This document shows positions 46,960 to 60,700 of a stretch of 64,000 bases of DNA, one piece after another. Position 1 is the stretch's first letter. Every line of letters starts with the position of its first letter. Under the pieces are notes generated by a model that saw nothing but the letters and a program-made list of their open reading frames with translations, was not told the origin of the DNA and did no database searches. The DNA is from Mayamaea pseudoterrestris (Eukaryota). The position numbers were made by a program, and so were the translations under genes. The stretch covers positions 558,001 through 622,000 of the forward strand of contig BROI01000001.1 in the NCBI GenBank assembly GCA_027923505.1, written 5' to 3'.

Positions 46960-49900
46960 CCAAATTATGGAATCATACCACTACAACGCCCCGTGCCCTG
47001 GCCACCCAACAACCCAATGAGTCAGGCAAAACATGTCCAGGGTGTGCCATTGACATGAGGATGGGCTGAAATGGTGCAAAACGGACTGCCTGGAGGCCTA
47101 CAGCATGGATTGGTCTGCTAGATGGGTGTGGCCAACACCCCAAATTATGGAATCATACCACTACAATGCCCCGTGCCCTGATCACCCAACAACCCAATGA
47201 GTCATGCAAAACATGTCCAGGGTGTGCCATTGACATGAGGATGGTCTGACATGGTGCAAAACGGACTGCCTGGAGGCCTACACCATCTGCAAGATGGGTG
47301 TGGCCAACACCCCAAATTATGGAATCATACCACTACAATGCCCCATGCCCGGCAACCCAACAACCCAATGAGTCAGGCAAAACATGTCCAGTGTGTGCCA
47401 TTGACATGCGGATGGGCTGAAATGATGCAAAACAGACTGCCTGGAGGCCTACACCATCTGCAAAATGGGTGTGGCCAACACCCCAAATTATGGAATCATA
47501 CCACTACAATGCCCCGTCCCCTGATCACCCAACAACCCAATGAGTCATGCAAAACATGTCCAGGGTGTGCCATTGACATAAGGATGGTCTGACATGGTAC
47601 AAAACGGACTGCCTGGAGGCCTACAGCATGGAATGGTCTACAAGATGGGTGTGGCCAACACCCCAAATTATGGAATCATACCACTACAATGCCCCATGCC
47701 CTGATCACCCAACAACCCAATGAGTCAAGCAAAACATGTCCAGGGTGTGCCATTGACATGAGGATGGGCTGAAATGATGCAAAACGGACTGCCTGGATGC
47801 CTACAGCATGGAATGGTCCACAAGATGGGTGTGGCCAACACCCCAAATTATGGAATCATACCACTACAATGCCCCATGCCCTGGCCACCCAACAACCCAA
47901 TGAGTCAGGCAAAACATGTCCAGGGTGTGCCATTGACAGGAGGATGGGCTGAAATGGTGCAAAACGGACTGCCTGGAGGCCTACACCATCTGCAAAATGG
48001 GTGTGGCCAACACCCCAAATTATGGAATCATACCACTACAATGCCCCATCCCCTGATCACCCAATAACCCAATGTGTCATGCAAAACATGTCCAGGGTGT
48101 GCCATTGACATGAGGATGGTCTGACATGGTACAAAACGGACTGCCTGGAGGCCTACAGCATGGAATGGTCTACAAGATGGGTGTGGCCAACACCCCAAAT
48201 TATGGAATCATACCACTACAATGCCCCATGCCCTGGCCACCCAACAACCCAATGAGTCAGGCAAAACATGTCCAGGGTGTGCCATTGACATGAGGATGGG
48301 CTGAAATGGTGCAAAACGGACTGCCTGGAGGCCTACACCATCTGCAAAATGGGTTGTGGCCAACACCCCAAATTATGGAATCATACCACTACAATACCCC
48401 GTCCCCTGATCACCCAACAACCCAATGAGTCATGCAAAACATGTCCAGGGTGTGCCATTGACATGAGGATGGTCTGACATGGTGCAAAACGGACTGCCTG
48501 GAGGCCTACACCATCTGCAAGATGGGTGTGGCCAACACCCCAAATTATGGAATCATACCACTACAATGCCCCATGCCCGGCAACCCAACAACCCAATGAG
48601 TCAGGCAAAACATGTCCAGTGTGTGCCATTGACATGAGGATGGGCTGAAATGGTGCAAAACGGACTGCCTGGAGGCCTACAGCATGGATTGGTCTACAAG
48701 ATGGGTGTGGCCAACACCCCAAATTATGGAATCATACCACTACAATGCCCCATGCCCTGGCCACCCAACAAACCAATGAGTCAGGCAAAACATGTCCAGG
48801 GTGTGCCATTGACATGAGGATGGGCTGAAATGGTGCAAAACGGACTGCCTGGAGGCCTACACCATCTGCAAAATGGGTGTGGCCAACACCCCAAAACACA
48901 TTCGCGGGGCGGGGAGGTGGTAGGATCAATGGTTTTACTATGCCTGCAATGACTTTTGCGCGCTCCGCGCGCACAAACATTGCCAAAATGCAGACGCAGC
49001 ATGCTAGATTGACTAAATTGACTGGCCCGGGTAGAACATGTCGCAGAACCACTGATCATTTATGATTCATTGGAGTAGACTGTACGAACGCCAAGAAGTA
49101 CATCATGTCGCACCGCGGGACACAATTAATCTCGCGTGAAGCATTCAAACGCAAGGAGTACTACTATTTGGGAACGCTAAGGAGCATGTCGCAGCGCGGG
49201 ACACATTAATCTCGTGAAGCATGTCCGGATATATCCTACCACAATTATGGAATCATACCACTACAATGCCCCATCCCCTGATCACCCAATAACCCAATGA
49301 GTCATGCAAAACATGTCCAGGGTGTGCCATTGACATGAGGATGGTCTGACATGGTACAAAACGGACTGCCTGGAGGCCTACAGCATGGAATGGTCCGGCT
49401 CAGGGCGGATGCTTCGAGGAGACTGCCTTGGGGACACTCATAAGATACCCTTATGAGTACACTGTGATCGATAGTCACGTCATCAGTGGTGCGGGGAGAG
49501 AAGAATGGGAACAGCTACCGACAACGGGCAGACCACATGCCGATGTTGATCGGGTTGCCTCCCATTCCTTTGGTTAGCTTGCCGACCTTGTTGTCTAGCA
49601 AGCTCTCTGTTGTTTGTCCCACCCACTCACCCGGGTTGTGGCGAATCCTCCTCACAGGATTCGCTCCAGTCATCATTGATGACGTGGTTGTTGCTCCAGG
49701 GACCCGGAGTTTGCACTCCGAGTCCACATAGCAAATGCAACCACAGGACATCGCTGCCGACTTTGGGCAGCTGGCCGGGCGCAGCCTAGCACGCGGAAGG
49801 AAACAGCCGAGCGACGGAGGGCAATCTGCACTTGTGCTGATTGTCTGCAAGATGGGTGTGGCCAACACCCCAAATTATGGAATCATACCACTACAATGCC

Positions 49901-50853
49901 CCATGCCCTGGCCACCCAACAACCCAATGAGTCAGGCAAAACATGTCCAGGGTGTGCCATTGACATGTGGATGGGCTGAAATGGTGCAAAACGGACTGCC
50001 TGGAGGCCTACACCATCTGCAAAATGGGTGTGGCCAACACCCCAAATTATGGAATCATACACCCGTCCCCTGATCACCAAACAACCCAATGAGTCATGCA
50101 AAACATGTCCAGGGTGCGCCATTGACATGAGGATGGTCTGACATGGTACAAAACGGACTGCCTGGAGGCCTACAGCATGGAATGGTCTACAAGATGGGTG
50201 TGGCCAACACCCCAAATTATGGAATCATACCACTACAATGCCCCATGCCCTGGCCACCCAACAACCCAATGAGTCAGGCAAAACATGTCCAGGGTGTGCC
50301 ATTGACATGTGGATGGGCTGAAATGGTGCAAAACGGACTGCCTGGAGGCCTACACCATCTGCAAAATGGGTGTGGCCAACACCCCAAATTATGGAATCAT
50401 ACCACTACAACGCCCCGTCCCCTGATCACCCAACAACCCAATGAGTCATGCAAAACATGTCCAGGGTGCGCCATTGACATGAGGATGGTCTGACATGGTA
50501 CAAAACGGACTGCCTGGAGGCCTACAGCATGGAATGGTCTACAAGATGGGTGTGGCCAACACCCCAAATTATGGAATCATACCACTACAATGCCCCATGC
50601 CCTGGCCACCCAACAACCCAATGAGTCAGGCAAAACATGTCCAGGGTGTGCCATTGACATGAGGATGGGCTGAAATGGTGCAAAACGGACTGCCTGGAGG
50701 CCTACACCATCTGCAAAATGGGTGTGGCCAACACCCCAAATTATGGAATCATACCACTACAATGCCCCGTCCCCTGATCACCCAACAACCCAATGAGTCA
50801 TGCAAAACATGTCCAGGGTGTGCCATTGACATGAGGATGGTCTGACATGGTAC
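46960..50853. repeat. Satellite B, 172-bp and 180-bp monomer variants, interrupted by two unique inserts
   Basis: CAAATTATGGAATCATACCACTACAATGCCCC anchor at 46961, 47141, 47313, 47484, 47664, 47844, 48016, 48196, 48369, 48541, 48720, then 49871-50737. Confidence 0.97.
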
Positions 50854-51418
50854 TTCAGCTCACTTTGTATCGACTTCACTCTGGACTACTTTTGATCTTC
50901 TAGAAAACGAATACGACTTCCAACTAATTTATAACAAATGACCACTAGTGCTCTTGCACCTAGTTTGGGGTAGGTTCAGTCCCTAGCCTGCCTCGCGTTC
51001 GAAGCGCTCTGCGGGACTCCAGGCTTAAATCCTTGTGGGATCCTTCCTGGCGTCCATGCAGTGAGCCCCCTTCTTCACCACTCTAGTGGCTTCGTTCCCC
51101 TCAAGAAGATCATCTGAAACTCCCGACTTCGTCCTTGACATCTTTGGTTCGAAGAGTCAATCCTATGGCTGCTCTGGTGGCCCGGCCAGTGAGGACCATC
51201 GACAATCTGTGGCTGCCACCACTGATGCGATGACGCGAAGAAGTAAGAACGTCTGTCTCCCTGAACGGTCTGAATGAAAAGAAACGGGTCAGAGCCTTTC
51301 TCAATATATAGAATAAGCTCCGCTTGCCTGCCCCCTCGGTCTCTGCCAATCCCTTATTCAGCCATCGCTTGTGGTGTGTATAAGTCCAGCATGCTCTGCG
51401 TTGTCAACAGAGGTGCCG

Positions 51419-51770
51419 CTACAGCGATTTTGAATAAATCAATAGGGTCTCAATGGAAGCAGCGACATCAGAGTAATGTTCCATCATACCCACTGTCACC
51501 TGCCTTCCTTTGGCCCTTTCCACTTTCCTCCAACGATTGTTGCTCTCTATCATGCTGTCCTTCACTTTCTTGTTTCTTGCTTGAGAAGTGGATCCTCTCC
51601 TCAATGACCTCAATAGCCCAAACTCCGACACGTCAACCGCCGCACTCATTACCGCCGGCCATCGTTTCTGAACCATCCGCAGGTATTCCTGAAACTTGGG
51701 ATTGTAATCTGCGACACAACCCCGGCCTGTCTTTCCCCGCTTCTCCGCTCGAAAGATTGGCCCTCGTGTG
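51419..51770 (-). mobile_element. 5'-truncated tyrosine recombinase (C-terminal catalytic region) of a YR-type element (DIRS/Ngaro/Crypton class)
   Basis: FGLLRSLRRGSTSQA (HxLRxG-like box), IESNNRW (GRW-like) and MMEHYSD (putative catalytic Tyr) appear in the expected order and spacing. Confidence 0.75.
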
Positions 51771-54700
51771 ATCATTATTCAGGCTGCGCTACAAGATGGT
51801 AGCCTAGGCTGGTGTCTCAGGGCATGGCAATGTATTTGGTGACAACTTGTCACCAGTCTCAGCCCGCAGATGACGTGACATTCAAACGCCCCTACAGGAA
51901 GCCCTGTAGGTGCCCAAAATACACCCAAATGGTGCCACAATTATTATTGTGGCTGCGCTACAAGTTGGTTTGCTTGACTGGTGTCTCAGGGGACAGCAAT
52001 GATATTGGTGAGAACTTGTCACCAGTCTCAGCCTGCGGATGCTGTGACATTCAAACGCCCCTACAGCAGGCCATGAATATACCCAAATGACACCAGATTG
52101 GTGCCAACATCATTATTCAGGCTGCGCTACAAGATGGTATGCCTGGCTAGTGTCTCAGGGGACAGCAATGACATTGGTGACAACTTGTCACCAGTCTCAG
52201 CCTTCAGATGCCGTGACATTCAAACGCCCCTACAGCAAGCCCTGTATATACCCAAAATACACCAGAATGGTGCCAACATCATTATTCAGGCTGCGCTACA
52301 AGATGGTAGGCTTGGCTGGTGTCTCAGGGGACGGCAATGATATTGGTGACAACTTGTCACCAGTCTCAGCCTGCAGATGCCGTGACATTCAAACGCCCCT
52401 ACAGCAGGCCCTGTATACACCCAAATGACACCAGAATGGTGCCAACATCATTATTCAGGCTGCGCTACAAGATGGTATGCCTGGCTAGTGTCTCAGGGGA
52501 CAGCAATGATATTGGTGACAACTTGTCACCAGTCTCAGCCTGCAGATGCCGTGACATTCAAACGCCCCTACAGCAAGCCCTGTAGGTGCCCAAAATACAC
52601 CAGAATGGTGCCAACATCATTATTCAGGCTGCGCTACAAGATGGTATGCCTGGCTAGTGTCTCCGGGGACAGCAATGATATTGGTGACAACTTGTCACCA
52701 GTCTCAGCCTTCAGATGCCGTGACATTCAAACGCCCCTACAGCAGGCCATGTATACACCCAAATGACACCAGAATGGTGCCAACATCATTATTCAGGCTG
52801 CGCTACATGATGGTATGCCTGGCTAGTGTCTCAGGGGACGGCAATGATATTGGTGACAACTTGTCACCAGTCTCAGCCTGCAGATGCCGTGACATTCAAA
52901 CGCCCCTACAGCAGGCCATGTATACACCCAAATGACACCAGAATTGTGCCAACATCATTATCCAGGCTGCGCAACAAGATGGTATGCCTGGCTAGTGTCT
53001 CAGGGGACGGCAATGATATTGGTGACAACTTGTCACCAGTCTCAGCCTGCAGATGCCGTGACATTCAAACGCCCCTACAGCAGGCCATGTATACACCCAA
53101 ATGACACCAGAATATTGCCAACATCATTATTCAGGCTGCGCTACAAGATGGTATGCCTGGCTAGTGTCTCAGGGGACGGCAATGATATTGGTGACAACTT
53201 GTCACCAGTCTCAGCCTGCAATGCCGACATAATGCCAACATCATTATTCACCCAATCCGAGTGGTGGCAACATCATTATTCAGGCTGCGCTACAAGATGG
53301 TATGCCTGGCTAGTGTCTCAGGGGACGGCAATGATATTGGTGACAACTTGTCACCAGTCTCAGCCTGCAGATGCCGTGACATTCAAACGCCCTTCAGCAG
53401 GCCATGTATACACCCAAATTACACCAGAATGGTGCCAACATCATTATTCAGGCTGCGCTACAAGATGGTATGCCTGGCTAGTGTCTCAGGGGACGGCAAT
53501 GATATTGGTGACAACTTGTCACCAGTCTCAGCCTGCAGATGCCGTGACATTCAAACGCCCCTACAGCAGGCCATTTATACACCCAAATGACACCAGAATG
53601 GTGCCAACATCATTATTCAGGCTGCGCTACAAGATGGTATGCCTGGCTAGTGTCTCAGGGGACGGCAATGATATTGGTGACAACTTGTCACCAGTCTCAG
53701 CCTGCAGATGCCGTGACATTCAAACGCCCCTACAGCAGGCCATGTATACACCCAAATGACACCAGAATATTGCCAACATCATTATTCAGGCTGCGCTACA
53801 AGATGGTATGCCTGGCTAGTGTCTCAGGGGACGGCAATGATATTGGTGACAACTTGTCACCAGTCTCAGCCTGCAGATGCCGTGACATTCAAACGCCCCT
53901 ACAGCAGGCCATGTATACACCCAGATGACACCAGAATGGTGCCCACATCATTATTCAGGCTGCGCCACAAGTGGGTATGCCTGGCTAGTGTCTCAGGGGA
54001 CGGCAATGATATTGGTGACAACTTGTCACCAGTCTCAGCCTGCAGATGCCGTGACATTCAAACGCCCCTACAGCAGGCCATGTATACACCCAAATGACAC
54101 CAGAATGGTGCCAACATCATTATTCAGGCTGCGCAACAAGATGGTATGCCTGGCTAGTGTCTCAGGGGACGGCAATGATATTGGTGACAACTTGTCACCA
54201 GTCTCAGCCTGCAGATGCCGTGACATTCAAACGCCCCTACAGCAGGCCATGTATATACCCAAATGCCACCAGAATATTGCCAACATCATTATTCAGGCTG
54301 CGCTACAAGATGGTATGCCTGGCTAGTGTCTCAGGGGACGGCAATGATATTGGTGACAACTTGTCACCAGTCTCAGCCTGCAGATGCCGTGACATTCAAA
54401 CGCCCCTACAGCAGGCCATGTATACACCCAAATGACACCAGAATGGTGCCAACATCATTATTCAGGCTGCGCTACAAAATGGTATGCCTGGCTAGTGTCT
54501 CAGGGGACGGCAATGATATTGGTGACAACTTGTCACCAGTCTCAGCCTGCAGATGCCGTGACATTCAAACGCCCCTACAGCAGGCCATGAATTCACCCAA
54601 ATACACCAGAATATTACCAACATCATTATTCAGGCTGCGCTACAAGATGGTATGCCTGGCTAGTGTCTCAGGGGACGGTAATGATATTGGTGACATCTTG

Positions 54701-57700
54701 TCACCAGTCTCAGCCTGCAGATGCTGTGACATTCAAATGCCCCTACAGCAGGCCATGTATACACCCAGATGACACCAGAATGGTGCCAACATCATTATTC
54801 AGGCTGCGCTACAAGTGGGTATGCCTGGCTTTTGTCTCAGGGGACGGCAATGATATTGGTGACAACTTGTCACCAGTCTCAGCCTGCAGATGCCGTGACA
54901 TTCAAACGCCCCTACAGCAGGCCATGTATACACCCAAATGACACCAGAATGGTGCCAACATCATTATTCAGGCTGCGCAACAAGATGGTATGCCTGGCTA
55001 GTGTCTCAGGGGACGGCAATGATATTGGTGACAACTTGTCACCAGTCTCAGCCTGCAGATGCCGTGACATTCAAACGCCCCTACAGCAGGCCATGTATAC
55101 ACCCAAATGACACCAGAATGGTGCCAACATCATTATTCAGGCTGCGCTACAAGATGGTATGCCTGGCTAGTGTCTCAGGGGATGGCAATGATATTGGTGA
55201 CAACTTGTCACCAGTCTCAGCCTGCAGATGCCGTGACATTCAAACGCCCCTACAGCAGGCCATGTATATACCCAAATGCCACCAGAATATTGCCAATATC
55301 ATTATTCAAGCTGCCCTACAAGATGGTATGCCTGGCTAGTGTCTCAGGGGACGGCAATGATATTGGTGACAACTTCTCACCAGTCTCAGCCTGCAGATGC
55401 CGTGACATTCAAACGCCCTTACAGCAGGCCATGTATACACCCAAATGACACCAGAATGGTGCCAACATCATTATTCAGGCTGAGCAACAAGATGGTATGC
55501 CTGGCTAGTGTCTCAGGGGACGGCAATGATATTGGTGACAACTTGTCACCAGTCTCAGCCTGCAGATGCCGTGACATTCAAACGCTCCTACAGCAGGCCT
55601 TTAGGTGCCCAAAATACACCAGAATATTGCCAACAAACTATTCAGGCTGTGCTACAAGAAGGTATGCCTGACTAGTGTCTCAGAGGATGGTAATGATATT
55701 GGTGACAACTTGTCACCAGTCTCAGCCTGCAGATGCCGTGACATTCAAATGCCCCTACAGCAGGCTATGTATACACCCAATTGACACTGGAATGGTGGCA
55801 ACATCATTATTCAGGCTGCGCTACAAGATGGTCTTGTTTCAGGGGACAGCAATGACATTGGTGACAACTTGTCACCAGTCTCAGCCTGCGGATGCTGTGA
55901 CATTCAAACGCCCCTACAGCAGGCCATGAATATACCCAAATGACACCAGATTGGTGCCATCATCATTATTCAGGCTGCGCTACAAGATGGTATGCCTGGC
56001 TAGTGTCTCAGGGGACAGCAATGACATTGGTGACAACTTGTCACCAGTCTCAGCCTTCAGATGCCGTGACATTCAAACGCCCCTACAGCAGTCCATGTAT
56101 ACACCCAAATGACACCAGAATGGTGCCAATATCATTATTCAAATTGCGCTACAAGATGGTATGCCTAGCTATTGTCTCAGGGGACAGCAATGATATTGGT
56201 GACAACTTGTCACCAGTCTCAGCCTGCAGATGCCGTGACATTCAAACGCCCCTACAGCAGGCCATGTATACACCCAAATGACACCAGAATGGTGCCAACA
56301 TCATTATTCAGGCTGCGCTACAAGATGGTATGCCTGGCTAGTGTCTCAGGGGATGGCAATGATATTGGTGACAACTTGTCACCAGTCTCAGCCCGCAGAT
56401 GCCGTGACATTCAAACGCCCCTACAGCAGGCCCTGTAGGTGCCCAAAATACACCAGAATGGTGCCAACATCATTATTCAGGCTGCGCTACAAGATGGTAT
56501 ACCTGGCTAGTGTCTCAGGGGATGGCAATGATATTGGTGACAACTTGTCACCAGTCTCAGCCTGCAGATGCCGTGACATTCAAACGCCCCTACAGCAGGC
56601 CATGTATATACCCAAATGCCACCAGAATATTGCCAATATCATTATTCAAGCTGCCCTACAAGATGGTATGCCTGGCTAGTGTCTCAGGGGACGGCAATGA
56701 TATTGGTGACAACTTCTCACCAGTCTCAGCCTGCAGATGCCGTGACATTCAAACGCCCTTACAGCAGGCCATGTATACACCCAAATGACACCAGAATGGT
56801 GCCAACATCATTATTCAGGCTGAGCAACAAGATGGTATGCCTGGCTAGTGTCTCAGGGGACGGCAATGATATTGGTGACAACTTGTCACCAGTCTCAGCC
56901 TGCAGATGCCGTGACATTCAAACGCCCCTACAGCAGGCCCTGTAGGTGCCCAAAATACACCAGAATATTGCCAACATCATTATTCAGGCTGCGCTACAAG
57001 ATGGTATGCCTGGCTAGTGTCTCAGGGGATGGCAATGATATTGGTGACAACTTGTCACCAGTCTCAGCCTGCAGATGCCGTGACATTCAAATGCCCCTAC
57101 AGCAGGCCATGTATACACCCAGATGACACCAGAATGGTGCCCACATCATTATTCAGGCTGCGCTACAAGTGGGTATGCCTGGCTAGTGTCTCAGGGGACG
57201 GCAATGATATTGGTGACAACTTGTCACCAGTCTCAGCCTGCAGATGCCGTGACATTCAAACGCCCCTACAGCAGGCCATGTATACACCCAAATGACACCA
57301 GAATGGTGCCAACATCATTATTCAGGCTGCGCTACAAGATGGTATGCCTGGCTAGTGTCTCAGGGGACGGCAATGATATTGGTGACAACTTGTCACCAGT
57401 CTCAGCCTGCAGATGCCGTGACATTCAAACGCCCCTACAGCAGGCCATGTATACACCAAAATGACACCAGAATGGTGCCAACATCATTATTCAGGCTGCG
57501 CTACAAGATGGTATGCCTGGCTAGTGTCTCAGGGGACGGCAATGATATTGGTGACAACTTGTCACCAGTCTCAGCCTGCAGATGCCGTGACATTCAAACG
57601 CCCCTACAGCAGGCCATGTATACACCCAAATGACACCAGAATGGTGCCAACATCATTATTCAGGCTGCGCTACAAGATGGTATGCCTGGCTAGTGTCTCA

Positions 57701-60700
57701 GGGGACGGCAATGATATTGGTGACAACTTGTCACCAGTCTCAGCCTGCAGATGCCGTGACATTCAAACGCCCCTACAGCAGGCCATGTATACGCCCAAAT
57801 GACACCAGAATGGTGCCAACATCATTATTCAGGCTGCGCAACAAGATGGTATGCCTGGCTAGTGTCTCAGGGGACGGCAATGATATTGGTGACAACTTGT
57901 CACCAGTCTCAGCCTGCAGATGCCGTGACATTCAAACGCCCCTACAGCAGGCCATGTAGATACCCAAATTACACCAGAATGGTGCCAACATCATTATTCA
58001 GGCTGCGCTACAAGATGGTATGCCTGGCTAGTGTCTCAGGGGACGGTAATGATATTGGTGACAACTTGTCACCAGTCTCAGCCTGCAGATGCCGTGACAT
58101 TCAAACGCCCCTACAGCAGGCCATGTATACACCAAAATGACACCAGAATGGTGCCAACATCATTATTCAGGCTGCGCTACAAGATGGTATGCCTGGCTAG
58201 TGTCTCAGGGGACGGCAATGATATTGGTGACAACTTGTCACCAGTCTCAGCCTGCAGATGCTGTGACATTCAAACGCCCCTACAGCAGGCCATGTATATA
58301 CCCAAATGACACCAGAATGGTGCCAACATCATTATTCAGGCTGCGCTACAAGATGGTATGCCTGGCTAGTGTCTCATCTCCGGGACGCAATGATATTGGT
58401 GACAACTTGTCACCAGTCTCAGCCTGCAGATGCCGTGACATTCAAACGCCCCTACAGCAGGCCATGTATACACCCAAATGACACCAGAATGGTGCCAACA
58501 TCATTATTCAGGCTGCGCTACAAGATGGTATGCCTGGCTAGTGTCTCAGGGGACGGCAATGATATTGGTGACAACTTGTCACCAGTCTCAGCCTGCAGAT
58601 GCCGTGACATTCAAACGCCCCTACAGCAGGCCATGTATACACCCAAATGACACCAGAATGGTGCCAACATCATTATTCAGGCTGCGCTACAAGATGGTAT
58701 GCCTGGCTAGTGTCTCAGGGGACGGCAATGATATTGGTGACAACTTGTCACCAGTCTCAGCCTGCAGATGCCGTGACATTCAAACGCCCCTACAGCAGGC
58801 CATGTATACACCCAAATGACACCAGAATGGTGCCAACATCATTATTCAGGCTGCGCAACAAGATGGTATGCCTGGCTAGTGTCTCAGGGGACGGCAATGA
58901 TATTGGTGACAACTTGTCACCAGTCTCAGCCTGCAGATGCCGTGACATTCAAACGCCCCTACAGCAGGCCATGTATACACCCAAATGACACCAGAATGGT
59001 GCCAACATCATTATTCAGGCTGCGCTACAAGATGGTATGCCTGGCTAGTGTCTCAGGGGACGGCAATGATATTGGTGACAACTTGTCACCAGTCTCAGCC
59101 TGCAGATGCCGTGACATTCAAACGCCCCTACAGCAGGCCCTGTATACACCCAAATGACACCAGAATGTTGCCAACATCATTATTCAGGCTGCGCTACAAG
59201 ATGGTATGCCTGGCTAGTGTCTCAGGGGACGGCAATGATATTGGTGACAACTTGTCACCAGTCTCAGCCTGCAGATGCCGTGACATTCAAACGCCCCTAC
59301 AGCAGGCCATGTATACACCCAAATGACACCAGAATGGTGCCAACATCATTATTCAGGCTGCGCCACAAGATGGTATGCCTGGCTAGTGTCTCAGGGGACG
59401 GCAATGATATTGGTGACAACTTGTCACCAGTCTCAGCCTGCAGATGCCGTGACATTCAAACGCCCCTACAGCAGGCCATGTATACACCCAAATGACACCA
59501 GAATGGTGCCAACATCATTATTCAGGCTGCGCAACAAGATGGTATGCCTGGCTAGTGTCTCAGGGGACGGCAATGATATTGGTGACAACTTGTCACCAGT
59601 CTCAGCCTGCAGATGCCGTGACATTCAAACGCCCCTACAGCAGGCCCTGTAGGTGCCCAAATGACACCAGAATGGTGCCAACATCATTATTCAGGCTGCG
59701 CTACAAGATGGTATGCCTGGCTAGTGTCTCAGGGGACAGCAATGATATTGGTGACAACTTGTCACCAGTCTCAGCCTGCAGATGCCGTGACATTCAAACG
59801 CCCCTACCGTACAGCAGGCCATGTATACACCCAAATGACACCAGAATGGTGCCAACATCATTATTCAGGCTGCGCTACAAGATGGTATGCCTGGCTAGTG
59901 TCTCAGGGGACGGCAATGATATTGGTGACAACTTGTCACCAGTCTCAGCCTGCAGATGCCGTGACATTCAAACGCCCCTACAGCAGGCCATGTATACACC
60001 CAAATGACACCAGAATGGTGCCAACATCATTATTCAGGCTGCGCAACAAGATGGTATGCCTGGCTAGTGTCTCAGGGGACGGCAATGATATTGGTGACAA
60101 CTTGTCACCAGTCTCAGCCTGCAGATGCCGTGACATTCAAACGCCCCTACAGCAGGCCATGTGATACACCCAAATGACACCAGAATGGTGCCAACATCAT
60201 TATTCAGGCTGCGCTACAAGATGGTATGCCTGGCTAGTGTCTCAGGGGACGGCAATGATATTGGTGACAACTTGTCACCAGTCTCAGCCTGCAGATGCCG
60301 TGACATTCAAACGCCCCTACAGCAGGCCCTGTAGACACCCAAATGACACCAGAATGGTGCCAACATCATTATTCAGGCTGCGCTACAAGATGGTATGCCT
60401 GGCTAGTGTCTCAGGGGACGGCAATGATATTGGTGACAACTTGTCACCAGTCTCAGCCCGCAGATGCCGTGACATTCAAACGCCCCTACAGCAAGCCCTG
60501 TAGGTGCCCAAAATACACCAGAATGGTGCCAACATCATTATTCAGGCTGCGCTACAAGATGGTATGCCTGGCTAGTGTCTCAGGGGACGGCAATGATATT
60601 GGTGACAACTTGTCACCAGTCTCAGCCTGCAGATGCCGTGACATTCAAACGCCCCTACAGCAGGCCATGTATACACCCAAATGACACCAGAATGGTGCCA

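Noticed and set aside
47251..50493. Repeated ORFs in satellite B (MVQNGLPGGLHHLQ...)
   Set aside because: Same artefact of translating a tandem repeat. Frames are not preserved between monomers.
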